Shown: piece by piece, positions 1 to 12,450 of the stretch
How positions within the stretch are numbered: position 1 is the stretch's first letter
How the letters are laid out: every line of letters begins with the position of its first letter
Source of the DNA: Eledone cirrhosa
Lineage: Eukaryota
Assembly: GCA_964016885.1 (NCBI GenBank)
Contig: OZ024745.1
Location: 101,370,001-101,434,000 of the forward strand
Length of the DNA: 64,000 nt
Direction: 5' to 3'
Notes under the pieces: model-generated
Seen by the model: the letters and a program-made list of their open reading frames with translations, nothing else
Told to the model about the DNA's origin: nothing
The model's database searches: none
Made by a program: the position numbers and the translations under genes

Positions 1-101
<101 letters not shown>

Positions 102-213
102 GATAAAAATACTTGATTATTTACAGTATAAGATATAGCTCAATGTTATCAAACAGAGCCGAAAAATTACATAAAATTAACAAAGAAGCCTTTAATACAT
201 TAAAAATCTTTAT

Positions 214-258
214 TTCCTGACAATGTTTCGTCCCATTAATTAGGACTCATCAGAGCAA
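214..258 (-). ncRNA. Minimal type I hammerhead ribozyme motif (Penelope-like pLTR type)
   Basis: Minus strand reads TTGCT-CTGATGA-GTCC(TAATTAATG)GGAC-GAAAC-ATT-GTC-AGGAA. The inverted partial copy at 693-754 has AGCAA, which restores stem I. Confidence 0.8.
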
Positions 259-993
259 GGAAAAAGACAAGAAATATCATCGGCTAGAACAAGCCAAAAT
301 TCAGAAGAATAGCGAATGGATATTTAGGAATATTTAGGAAAATTATCATGGAAAGATATGTTAAACCTAATAGGGTGCATTTGTAAATAAAAACTATAGG
401 GCAAGAGAGCAAGCAAACATTAAACAAACCCACGTTAAAAGTACAATATAAGTCTAATACTTGAAATACAACATAGTAATATAATGCGAGAAATAAGATA
501 TAAAATTTATAATATAATATACAATACAATACAATACATAATACAGAAATAAAATATAATATATATATATATCTACACGCACTCCGACACATATATATAC
601 ACACACATACACATCTACACATACACATACACATATACACATATACACATATACACATACACATATACACATCTACACATACACATACACATAAACATTG
701 TCAGCAAATAAAGATTTTTAATGTATTAAAGGCTTCTTTGTTAATTTTATGTAATATATATATATATATATATATATAGGTAAGTATGTATGTATACGTA
801 CATACATATATGTATACAGACGTACAGTAGTATGTATATATTTACATACATGCACACATATATACATGCACGTATCGGTTTACCGAACATTTATTATAAT
901 GCTCGGTTTGTTTGTTTGTAAACAAACAGCTCGAATTACGCCGTACAGTGTTTAGGCAACCACGTCACCTTTTTGTTCAACACTGACACAGGA

Positions 994-1036
994 ACGATGT
1001 ACTAGTTTCAAGCTTATTAGCTATCGTCAGCATCAT
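994..1036 (-). ncRNA. Minimal hammerhead ribozyme motif
   Basis: Minus strand reads ATGATG-CTGACGA-T-AGCT(AATA)AGCT-T-GAAAC-TA-GTA-CATCGT. Confidence 0.85.
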
Positions 1037-1507
1037 ATACCTTCCTGCCAGATGGTTGAACGTCTGAAAGTATATACTTTCCTTATGCATATTAACGGCT
1101 GAGCAGCCTAATTTGCATATCGAGTGAGTTCAGTCGGCCGGGCAAACCGAACGGCGTAATCCGGGCTGTTTGTTTGTTTGTTTGTTTACAAACAAACAAA
1201 CCGAGAATTATAATAACTGTTCGGTAAACCGATACGTGCATATATATGTGTGCATGTATGTATATATATACATACTACTGTACGTCTGTATACATATATG
1301 TATGTACGTATACATACATACTTACATTTAAGTAAGTGCCGTACTAAGAGTGAGAAATGAAATTTCGTTTCATTCTATTCCATTTATCGTTTTCCGGTGT
1401 GCCCGGCCGACTGAACTCACTCGATATGCAAATTAGGCTGCTCAGCCGTTAATATGCATAAGGAAAGTATATACTTACAGACGTTCAATCATCTGGCAGG
1501 AAGGTAT

Positions 1508-1550
1508 ACGGTGCTGACGATAGCTAATAAGCTTGAAACTAGTACATCGT
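1508..1550 (+). ncRNA. Minimal hammerhead ribozyme motif
   Basis: ACGGTG-CTGACGA-T-AGCT(AATA)AGCT-T-GAAAC-TA-GTA-CATCGT. It has a 6-bp stem I, a palindromic stem III (ACTAGT) and predicted cleavage after 1544. Confidence 0.88.
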
Positions 1551-1863
1551 TCCTGTGTCAGTGTTGAACAAAAGGGCAACGATGGTTGCTAGACACTTCG
1601 GCTTAATTCGGGATGTTTGTTTACAAACAAACCGAGCATTATAATAAATGTTCGGTAAACCCATACGTATATATATATATGTGTGTGCATGTATGTATAT
1701 ACATACTACTTTACGTCTGTATACATATATGTATGTACGTATACATATTTATATTTAGGTATCAGCCGTACTAAGAGTGAGAAATGAAATTTCGTTTCAT
1801 TTTTTCCATTTATATATATATATTATATATATATATATTATATATATATATTATATATATATA

Positions 1864-1963
<100 letters not shown>

Positions 1964-1988
1964 TAATATATATATATTATATATTATA

Positions 1989-2019
<31 letters not shown>

Positions 2020-2316
2020 GTATTAAGGGTACTATTTATGGTTATGTATGTAATAAAACCTTTAATGGTAATATATTATATATACAAACCTTAAATAGTG
2101 AAAGATAGTCATTAATTACTATCCTATTACCAGTAAGATAAATAGCTCAATGTAATAACATCAGTTGTTTTTACAGAGCAGTTATATAGAGATTACAATA
2201 ATCAAAGTTCAGTTTAAGTCATTTATTTGCTTACAATTGTTGAGCAATATGCGCATATGTTTTATGTGTCTCTTGGGTTGAAAAGGAGGTCAAGTATGTT
2301 ATAGATCAGTAAATAG

Positions 2317-2365
2317 TTGCTCCGAAGAATCCAAACCTCGGTTTGGAGGAAACAATTGTAAGCAA
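2317..2365 (+). ncRNA. Minimal hammerhead ribozyme motif, U4C core variant
   Basis: TTGCT-CCGAAGA-A-TCCAAAC(CTCG)GTTTGGA-G-GAAAC-AATT-GTA-AGCAA. An inverted partial copy of the tail lies at 2192-2241. Confidence 0.75.
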
Positions 2366-2401
2366 ATAAATGACTTAAACTGAACTTTGATTATTGTAAT
2401 A

Positions 2402-2500
<99 letters not shown>

Positions 2501-2650
2501 TATATATATATAGAAAAAATATATATATAAATTCATAAAAATAATGAATAAAAACAAAGAAACATTTATATTAAAAAATTCATCATTTTACGATCGTTTC
2601 TAGGATATATATGTTTGTGTTGGTATGTATATCATATAGATATATGTAAA

Positions 2651-2687
<37 letters not shown>

Positions 2688-2843
2688 AACACAGGCGCGA
2701 AATCACTCTTACCGAAAGCGTATATGTCCTGCTATTCTTGTTATATAGCCGCATCTATAGAGACATAGATAGGAGAGAGAAGGACAGGCATATATATACG
2801 TGTGTGTATGTATGTTTGAAGAGAGGGGGAAAGAGAGATTGAT

Positions 2844-2849
2844 AGAGAG

Positions 2850-2943
<94 letters not shown>

Positions 2944-2962
2944 GAGAGAGAGAGAGAGAGAG
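2844..2962. repeat. (GA)n microsatellite
   Basis: Long GA run. Confidence 0.97.
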
Positions 2963-3091
2963 ACCTCACTGAGAGTGACTGATATACATATATGGATATA
3001 TTAATATGGAAAAAATAGATGGGTTGATAAGACTGAAAATACTACGGTGTGAACTAACCTCTAAATCAACATTGATTCATTTACTTTGGCA

Positions 3092-3162
<71 letters not shown>

Positions 3163-3476
3163 GTCTTTAATGCGCCGAAACATCTGAGACCCACAACAGA
3201 CAACTGATGAGGGGAACTGTCCATGTCAATGTTTGTGTTTCCTTTACTTTCTAAACACTCTTTATTAGTAACCACGCAGCACTTTTTCCCTTTCAATATA
3301 TATCCATATATATATATATATATATATAAAAATTAAAATACTAGAGTGCGTTGGAGTAAAACACACTCGTCATATTATAGAAATGACAGTATAGGATATA
3401 GCTCAATGTAATACAACAGAGCCGAAAAATTATAAAAATAGACAAAGAAACCTTCAATATATCAAAAAGTCTTTAT

Positions 3477-3518
3477 TAGCCTACAATGTTTCGTCCCATT
3501 AAGGACTCATCAGGGCAA
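3477..3518 (-). ncRNA. Minimal hammerhead ribozyme motif (same family as 214-258)
   Basis: Minus strand reads TTGCC-CTGATGA-GTCC(TTAATG)GGAC-GAAAC-ATT-GTA-GGCTA. It lies within the 3429-3608 fold-back. Confidence 0.8.
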
Positions 3519-3601
3519 TAATATATATAATATATTGCCCTGATGAGTCCATTGTAGGCTAATAAAGACTTTTGATGTATTGAAGGCTTCTTTGTCTATT
3601 T

Positions 3602-3646
<45 letters not shown>

Positions 3647-3759
3647 ATAATAATAAATGTGAAGACTAAAATCCAAAGAGGGCTCGATAATTTTCAGAAG
3701 ATCCCGTTAAGGGTTATGAAAGCAGTCATTCTTTGCTTAAACTTTAATCTGTTATTTTA

Positions 3760-3819
<60 letters not shown>

Positions 3820-4715
3820 GTGTGTGTGTGCGCGCGCGCGTGTGTGTGTGTAAAAGGTAAAGAGAAATAACAACACAATCGGTACAGTATATGGAAGGGA
3901 AATGTTAATGTTTGGTTCAGGAAGTTTGATATTAATATTCATGCACGTGTCCTTTCTTGTCTCTCTTGGTGTTGTTGAACACCTTTCTATTCCATAACTT
4001 CCATATTCTTCTAACAATCACAAAAATGAACGGTGAATAGCGATGTATTCCACTTTCGAAAGATTGGTGCGGCTCTTCTTCAAAGTGATCTTCGAGTTAT
4101 CTTCTGACTCCTTCTTTGGTTCACCATCAAACTGTAAACCATGGTTTATCTGGGCGCAGAAGATCCAAGACGCGTGTCCAACATACACATACGCACTATA
4201 TGTCCGAGTCATTTCAACTGATGACTTTACGTTTGTGGGGGTGACAAGTTTGTGGGTATGATGAGTATTTCATAAAACACCTCACTGACTGCTCAATACA
4301 CTGGTTTCAGAGCAATTAGAATTATTCTTCTTTCAGTAAAAAATATGCCATTGAATAACTGGTTTCACGAAATAACTTTCGGGGACATAGCATTCATTCC
4401 ATCATCAAAATTGTGTATGTCGTGTTTGGGTTGCATGCATCTGAACTTTTTAAATTTTCCACCTTTCATTTTTCAAGGTAAAATGTGTGGATTAAGCTTC
4501 ACTCTGAGTATTTTACTACTGATTTTTTTAGAGTTTATAGGGACTGTATAGAGTTGCTCAATGAGTCTTAAGTTTATCATTCTGGAGCCTGTCAATCGTT
4601 TTTACCATATCAAACACACACATATATTTGTATAGATCCCCTTAGTATATGTATATATGTGTGCGGGTGCATGTACACATACATACATACATACATACAT
4701 ACATACATACATACA

Positions 4716-4749
<34 letters not shown>

Positions 4750-5599
4750 CATACATACATACAAAGGTTTGAAAAGAATAGATAAAATACAAAAAAATGA
4801 TTAAATAAACTAAAGTTGTTTACAACTATTAAAGACTTATATAAATTAATAAACACTAGATTTAGCAAGCCGAAGGTGTGGTTTTATTGAATGGTAATGT
4901 TGGTGTATGGGAAACGTTGGCTACTATTATCATTCAAAACAAGGAATAATTGAGTGTTGTTATTGATTTTTCTAGACAAATTTCATTTCTTTGTCTTTCA
5001 GCTTTGGTAAACAACTCATTTTGGAAATAATTCATACATATAAACAGCAAACCCGCCACCTTCATCGTTTGCAATTGTCAATATACTACAATTGCAATCT
5101 CAGCCTGTTACCATCATTAACACTTCAATGCTATCACAAGCAATTTTACCATTACTAACCAGCATGGGAGCTAATAGGTGTTTGCCGGACCTCATAGAGA
5201 TAACAGCCAAATCCCCTCAGATCATACCTTTACAGATTTCAGAAAATAAAGAATAGACGAGACGATGTCATCCAAGATATTCAAAACCACGCGATAGTCT
5301 CGACTGGAGCGCTTTTGATTATATGTTTACTAAATCAAGAAATCTCTGGGACTAAATTACAATTGACCTCCTAGATATAGCAGCTAAATCCTTCAAATCA
5401 CACCACTTTCTTTGAAAAAAAAAAGAAGAGATGTATTGGATATTATAATTTGCGATCAGTTATATAAAAGACGGGATGATCATGTAAAGAGGAAAGGCAA
5501 AGCTAACCTTGGCAGGATTTGAACTCAAAAACGTAAAGGGTCATAACTATGCCGCAAAGCATGTTGTCCGCCGCTTTACCAATAACAATAATAATGATT

Positions 5600-5800
5600 T
5601 CTTATTTAGGCACAAGGCCAGCAATTTGGAGAAGGGGAAAGTCGATTGAATCGGACCCAATGCATTAATGGCACTTTATTTTATCGACCCCTTAAGGATG
5701 AAAGGCAAAGGTAACCTCGGCGGGATTTGACCTCAGATGTAAAGGGCCATAACTCTACACTGCAAAGCATGTCAGATGCTCAACCACTACTGCTATTCGA
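5600..5800 (-). mobile_element. tRNA-headed SINE, family A (Nin/Deu-like central domain)
   Basis: Reverse complement of the TCAAATCCCGCCGAGG..GCCTTTCATCCTTA.GGGGTCGATAAAATAAAGT.CCA consensus seen in many copies. Confidence 0.8.
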
Positions 5801-6102
5801 CCATATTAAAACCTATTCCCCCTCTTTCCGACACACTTGATTTCTTCTAGCTTGCCATCACCACCCCACCATCAATAGTCTGAAATGTAAGAGTTTGGCT
5901 CACTACAATCCTTTTTCAAGGTACACTAACTTTCCTCAGTAAAGTTTGTAAAGTTTGTAAATTTATTGATAAATTTGTATATTGCGAAGAAAAAAAATCG
6001 ATTCGTTAGAAAGGAAAAGAAAATTCTCATTTTACGAAGTACATTGTTATGACATATAAAATATACGGGTGTGCATGATCATATAAAACAAACATTATAT
6101 AT

Positions 6103-6520
6103 AGGCGGTGGATTGGCAGTATCGGTAGAGGGTTCGGACACCATGCTTTGCCACATAGAGTTACAGCTCTTTATGATCTGAGTTCAAATCCCGCCGAGGT
6201 TAACTTTGCCTTTCATCCTTACGGGGTCGATAAAATAAAGTATCAGTCACGCACTGGGGTCGATTTAATCGACTTTCCCCTCCCCCAAAATTGCTGGCCT
6301 TGTGCCTATATAAGAAACCATTATATGTAGGCGGTAGATTGGCAGTATCGGTAGAGGGTCGGACGCTATGCTTTGCAGCAAAGAGTTACATCCCTTTATG
6401 GTCTGAGTTCAAATCCCGCCGAGGTTAACTTTGCCTTTCATCCTTACGGGGTCGATAAAATAAAGTACCAGTAATGTAGTGGGTAATTGTTGGCCTTGTG
6501 CCAAATGTAGAAACAATTAT
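6103..6520 (+). mobile_element. Two tandem SINE family A copies (6103-6320, 6329-6520)
   Basis: A-box-like TGGCAGTATCGGTAG, B-box GAGTTCAAATCC, then GCCTTTCATCCTTACGGGGTCGATAAAATAAAGTA. Confidence 0.88.
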
Positions 6521-6544
6521 ATATGTATTATATATGTTACAAGA

Positions 6545-6735
6545 GTCGATCGACTTTCGTCAAATCGGACCGAGGGAAACAATGTTTCCATTGATATTTC
6601 CAATTACTAATACTATCTGTAGAAGGAGCAACGTGAAATAAAGTGTCTTGCTCAACATAACGGATCACCAGGTCCGAGAATCGAACTCACAACCTCACGA
6701 TTGCAATTCTCTAACCACTCAGCCACGCGCCTTAC
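6545..6735 (-). mobile_element. CORE-like SINE, alternative tail (family B2)
   Basis: tRNA-like head plus GAGCAAGACACTTTATTTCACGTTGCTCC. The tail is shared with 59100-59318. Confidence 0.7.
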
Positions 6736-7149
6736 AGTTAGTAGGTTCTTAAAACACAGGTTTGTTATCAATTGGTGTGTACCTAATCCCGTTCTATCCA
6801 CGAAACCACGGTGGTTATTTCAGTGGAAATGTATTTAATACAACATACATAAACAATCTACCCCTATTCTCTGTATTAAGTGCCCTCTTTATTTTTCGTT
6901 CGATTTGATAACAATGGCCCTTTAAAAGGCTAACTAGTTTTATTTCGGACAAAATGCTTTGTTATATTTAGTTACGATTTCTATGTTCTTAGTTCAAATC
7001 TTGTCGAGGTCAATTTTGTCTTTTATATTTCAGGAGTCGATAAAATAAACTATCAATCAATTTTGCCCTTTGCTCAAATTTGCTGGTCTTGTGGTTAAAT
7101 TAGAAATCAATATATTGGGTCGTCAAGTATGAAATTTGTAGGTATTTGT

Positions 7150-7183
<34 letters not shown>

Positions 7184-7208
7184 ACAAATTTCATACTTGA
7201 CGACCCAG

Positions 7209-7523
7209 TCTATATTATAAAGCTGAGCGTCGTGTGTATGTATCCTACACACCTCCCTATAGTTTCTTAGCTTTACTCTCTCCAACACTCTTCCTTCTCT
7301 CTATAATAGATCATTCGCCCTCTCTATAATTTAAATGCTTTACTCTCTCTGTCGCTCTTCACTCTCTATATGACAACACTGTTTCAGTTTCCGTATCTCC
7401 CTTCTTTCCAATGACGTTAAATCAAGTATCGGCATTAAAATAATGATCAAATGTAGAGGTGATTGAATCAGCTGTCGTCGCTCGCATAAGTAACACACAC
7501 ACACACACACACGCACACACACA

Positions 7524-7557
<34 letters not shown>

Positions 7558-7867
7558 TACACATACNNNNNNNNNNNNNNNNNNNNNNNNNNNNNNNNNN
7601 NNNNNNNNNNNNNNNNNNNNNNNNNNNNNNNNNNNNNNNNNNNNNNNNNNNNNNNNNNNNNNNNNNNNNNNNNNNNNNNNNNNNNNNNNNNNNNNNNNNN
7701 NNNNNNNNNNNNNNNNNNNNNNNNNNNNNNNNNNNNNNNNNNNNNNNNNNNNNNNNNNNNNNNNNNAGTCGGAAAGACAATGTGACACGGGAGGGTGTGT
7801 GGTATCTTTGCAGTGGAGTGGTGGAGCAGGTATACCTAGCCGGGCGCCTGCCGGACGGGCCAACTAG
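7209..7867 (+). mobile_element. Non-autonomous Helitron-like element (spans the gap)
   Basis: 5' TCTATATTATAAAG start. GC-rich subterminal hairpin (CCGGGCGCCTGCCGG) followed by CTAG|T at the 3' end. Confidence 0.55.
7567..7766. other. Assembly gap (200 N)
   Basis: N run. Confidence 1.
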
Positions 7868-8245
7868 TATATGATAAAGGCCAAGTGGGAAACCCGGTGT
7901 TGTACAGAATACCTAAAACTTCAAGGCAAGGTATACAATTAAAATCATCTATACAGATTTCCTAACCTTCTGGAGATTACTTACGTATAAAAGGTTAGAA
8001 TAAAATACGCACAGTTAATAACTTGTTTTGAAGTTGTAGGCATTCTGTAGAGTGCCTACAACATCTATCTAACACGGAAGTTTCACACAATGACGGTAAC
8101 ATATATATATATGTGATTGGATGTGTGTATTCGTAATGTATCAATGTATAAAAATGTATATCAATGAATAAAATGGGAAACTACGGTTTTCAAGTGCGAA
8201 TGTCATGAACTCATACTTGATCTTGCGGTTTAATTTAATTCAACG

Positions 8246-8246
<1 letters not shown>

Positions 8247-8337
<91 letters not shown>

Positions 8338-8347
8338 GTGTGTGTGT
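8247..8347. repeat. (TG)n microsatellite
   Basis: Long TG run. Confidence 0.98.
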
Positions 8348-8947
8348 AAGGAATAACACACATACAGAAATAATTATTGTGTGTGTATATATATATATAT
8401 ATATATAGTGAACGTACAGACACGTATTGGTCTTTTCTTTCTTATTTTCATAATTTCAGAAACTATATCTATCTTTATTGGCTGTTTTTCAACATTCCAG
8501 AAATTTATTTGACCCCTGAAATAGACAGACATTCTTTTCAAGTTCTGAGAAAATATGACAGATGACAATTATGACACCTCTAAAGCATACGATTCTTTCA
8601 ACATTCCGCGTCCACAAGTACCAATTATCACAATACGCAGTCCACCTCCGCACTTTGGTGTACAATAAATAACCAAAAAGAATTCAATAATGTCACTGTT
8701 TCTCCTATGCTAAGGATAAGGACCAAATAAACCTTGTTCTACTTTTTAAAATTCCCTTTTAGGATTCCCTTTTCACATCTCTAACATTTGACACGAAATA
8801 GCTTCAATAAATCTTAGAAAAAACAAAACAAATATTTTTCTACAAAAGACAATAACAAAAACAACACTAGAGTTACTTTTCCGTTCAGTAGACTAAAAGT
8901 CGTTCTCGAAAAGACGTTCAAAAGCGTTTTAACTGTGCCCATAACGA

Positions 8948-9024
<77 letters not shown>

Positions 9025-9047
9025 TATATATATATATATAGATATAT

Positions 9048-10118
9048 TTCTTTATTAGCCACAGGGGCACAAAAGAAGGGGACAAATACAAAGGGGGAAG
9101 TTTACATACAATAAAAACGTGTAAAATGTTATCACAAATGGAATTTAAAAAGTTAGTCGATTTTCCCCAATATAGGGAGACAGTTTATATGGGTAACACA
9201 TACCCCCGAAAAAAAATGTGCAACCCTCATCTCCAGGAGTACGAAGAGTTTGTACTCCTCTCCTCTCCTCCTCCTTTTCCTCAACCTACAGGCTGATATA
9301 GAGAGAAGGCCCATTCACTCGGGCCATTCTCGCCACTTTTACCCACCTTTCATAAAACTTGCTGGGGTACAGCACCTCTCTCTCCATCCTGATTCTTCTT
9401 CCAAAGTGGTATTTGAAAAAAAGAATCAGTTGTTGGCCGGAGAGAAAGGTGTCTGACCTCAGCCCTTTCAACCTTGTCCACCATACAACCTCTTTCGCCA
9501 TAGCTATCACACAAAGGAAAACCGCCTCTCCTTCGTTTTTGAAGGAGGGTGGCGGTTTGATCATGACAATGGACTCGGTGGTCAATTGGATTGGTCCCAC
9601 CCGCGACAATAGTCGTTCTACATAGCCCCACAGGTCAGTGACGCCCGGGCAGTGTATGAATGCGTGCGCGACGGTTTCTTCGTCTCGCACGCACCTCGGA
9701 CAGATCTTTTTTGCAGGGTCCCTGCCCGGGCGCCCATGTCTGTAGAGCTTGTCTCGAACTGGTAGAGCTCCTCGGTAGCACTGCCAGGCCAGGGACTTTT
9801 GGAAGTTGTCCATCGGTCCCGGGCGGAAGGTCCTACCAAACAGACTGGCCAGTTCATCTTCCTCTACGCCTAGAGTTTCACCGAGCGCGTCGTCGCACTT
9901 GCTGCGGACCAACCCTCTATATAATGACGAAGTGGAGTCTCCACTGATCGCCGAGTCCGCCTGCCAGAGGGCTGTGAGCGCCTGAGCACATTCGATGTGC
10001 CAGTCGCCCATTTTCCTCGGTCTTTGCTTGACCTAGGACTGCAGTTCGGTCAGCGAGACGAGTCGTGGGAAGGCTCGCCTCACGAACGGGGCCCACACCG
10101 GTTGTCCGGTGAGGAATA
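9048..10118 (-). mobile_element. 5'-truncated L1/Tx1-clade LINE: ORF2 C-terminus (zf-RVT-like) plus 3' UTR
   Basis: ORF 9286-10011 contains WQCYRGALPVRDKL..CPRC...EETVAHAFIHCP (CCHC). The GC-rich body ends with AATAAA next to a TA/GA microsatellite. Confidence 0.85.
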
Positions 10119-10354
10119 CGTATATATATATAGATAGATTGATAGATAGATGTATTTAATTTGTTGGATTTCCGACGAACATAAATGTTTATAACTGATT
10201 TAGAGCACTCAACAAATTGCTGGTTCTTTTTTCAATTATTTACACATTCATTTGCATATTCACACATAACTTTTAATGTTCCACTATCCAGTGAATTTCC
10301 GACCGATAAGGTGTGATTTCCATGGGTACGTCTTTATTTATAAAACAAAGTTTG

Positions 10355-10419
10355 TATTTTATCTGATGAAAGCGCACCAAGGTAGGCTTGGTTGCCCTTG
10401 AAATATATATAATAAAATA
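10355..10419 (+). ncRNA. Minimal hammerhead ribozyme motif (TATTTTAT family)
   Basis: TATTTTAT-CTGATGA-[AAGCGCACCAAG GTAGG CTTGGTTGCCCTT]-GAAA-T-ATAT-A-TA-ATAAAATA, with an 8-bp stem I. Confidence 0.85.
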
Positions 10420-10491
10420 AATATGGTTTTATAAATATAGTTTCCATTTATTTAATATCATGGTATATATATATATATATATATATATATT

Positions 10492-10531
10492 ACGAGCTGA
10501 GGATCCGCTAAGGTGAAACAATTGTTCTCGG
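10492..10531 (+). ncRNA. Minimal hammerhead ribozyme motif
   Basis: CGAG-CTGAGGA-T-CC(GCTAA)GG-T-GAAAC-AATT-GTT-CTCG. Confidence 0.78.
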
Positions 10532-10714
10532 TATGGTGAACTAACTGTTGTGTAACCACTTCTATATATATATACATATATATATATAGGCTTAAAAATA
10601 GGAAGAAAGCAAGAAAGCAGACAACTGATGAGGAAAACTACTCCCGTTCTTGCTTTCTTCTTATTTTTAAGCCTGCCTTATCTAGCAACAACGCAGCCAC
10701 TTCTATTCTTCATA

Positions 10715-11054
10715 TCTATATTACTGAAACAGGGAATGTCTGTTTCTCTGTCTGGATGTCTGTAGAATCATTAAAACTCGAGAACCACCCAACCGATTGT
10801 TTTCAAACTTTACACATGTAATACTTATGGTCCTATTGAGTGGTCTGAGCAAAAGAAATTTCAAATTTTCAATGTCCTATGGACCGCATTAGGCGATTTA
10901 GCGATATATATATATATCTCTCTCTCTCTTAGTCTTTCGCTTTTTAGATAGATACATAGATATTACGTTGAGCTCTTATAATATCTGTATGCCTGGCTGT
11001 CTGCATTACGTCATTATGACGTGGTGTGTGCGTGTGTGTGTGTGTGTATATATA

Positions 11055-11114
<60 letters not shown>

Positions 11115-11226
11115 TGTAACGTTTTTCGAAATATTTACTTCTGCGTTCACAGATTTATTATTTTAGTTTCAGAAGATCCCGTTAAGGGTGAAAGCAGCGA
11201 TTCTTTGCTTAAACTTTAATCTGTTA

Positions 11227-11266
<40 letters not shown>

Positions 11267-11401
11267 CAGATATTTTTGCATACACAATTACAAAATATAA
11301 ACAAACGTATTTATTTCACGAGGCTCGATAAGGATAAATATATATCAAATATATAAGAACCCCTAGAGCAAATCCCGAGCAACGCCGGGCCATTCTGCTA
11401 G
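10715..11401 (+). mobile_element. Non-autonomous Helitron-like element with nested insertions
   Basis: A|TC start. 3' hairpin CCCGAGCAACGCCGGG then CTAG|T. The body is shared with 25413-26353. Confidence 0.7.
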
Positions 11402-11739
11402 TATTATATTTTTTGAGCAAAAATATTGATGTAATTCAATTCAAGAACCTCAAAGTGCATTTTCTTCACAGGAGTGACGGAGTATTTTAGAATAAGGAAA
11501 TACAAAGTATAGATGATAAAATCATTCATTGATAAGGCCGTTATACATATTTCAAGGACGACAATAAGTTGCGCAATACACTGTAGAAGCTAGTGCCATG
11601 CTCTCTTCAGACAGTGTCTTACATAATAAAGTTACAATCAACGAGGTAATCCAAAATTGAAGTGACAAAAGGGAACGGACAAACGGTGATATTCGTTAAT
11701 TGAATGTCCGTTCCCTATATATATATATATATATATATA

Positions 11740-11913
11740 CAGGTAAAATTCTGTTATAACGAATACCATTATAACGAATTATTAAGTATAACGAACATTT
11801 TTTCAATCCCCGGCCACATGCTCGATGTGTTAGGTCGATATCGTTATAAAGAATTTTTCGTTACAGTGAATTTTTTTATACTCCATGAATTTCGTTATAA
11901 CGAAATTTCACTG
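11740..11913. mobile_element. Tigger/pogo-like MITE
   Basis: TA|CAGGTAAAATTCTGTTATAACGAA ... TTCGTTATAACGAAATTTCACTG|TA imperfect terminal inverted repeats (TIRs). Confidence 0.75.
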
Positions 11914-12199
11914 TATATATAATCCTGCCGAGGTCAACTTTAAAATAAGAACCAGTCAAGACTGGGGTCGATTCTTCCTCTATATCTCTTTCTCACTCTC
12001 TCTGTTCTTCTCTGGAAGAAATCTGCTATATTCAGGCCTGGAAAGGATATGGACCCTAGAAACGCTGTATGTCAATACTGTGCCCCAATTAATCCTTCAG
12101 GAGTTAAGGGTCCATACCATACCCTATAATATATATACATGTATGTATTATATACAGTGTATATAATACATACATGTATATATAATATATAATATAATA

Positions 12200-12388
12200 T
12201 AATTGTTTCTACTTTAGGCACAAGGCCAGCAATTACCCAGTGCATTACTGGTACTTTATTTTATCGACCCCGTAAGGATGAAAAGTAAAGTCAACCTCGG
12301 CGGGATTTGAACTCAGATCGTAAAGGGACGTAACTATGCTGGAAAGCATGGCGTCCGACCCTCTACCGATACTGCCAATCCACCGCCC
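12200..12388 (-). mobile_element. SINE family A
   Basis: Full reverse-complement match to 6329-6520. Confidence 0.88.
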
Positions 12389-12450
12389 TGTATGTATTAT
12401 ATATAATGTATGTATTATATATAATGTATTATATATAATGTATTATATAT

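Larger units (their letters stand above)
780..1812. mobile_element. Non-coding HHR-bearing ~430-nt repeat: inverted arm (780-1145) plus ~1.5 tandem monomers (1152-1812)
   Basis: GCCGTACTAAGAGTGAGAAATGAAATTTCG recurs at ~1338 and ~1764. Bases 780-1145 are the reverse complement of ~1398-1750. Flanked by (TA)n. A homologous copy lies at 14967-15603. Confidence 0.85.

Noticed and set aside
3172-3220. GAAAC...CTGATGA as a permuted hammerhead (CTGATGA also at 10625)
   Set aside because: Stems I and II could not be paired convincingly. It is probably a fragment of a terminal repeat.
3860-4600. Possible decayed Penelope RT on the minus strand (ISLPY-like motif); similar hints at 17300-17880, 27660-28050 and 63600-64000
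   Set aside because: The motifs are too eroded to support a call without a profile search.
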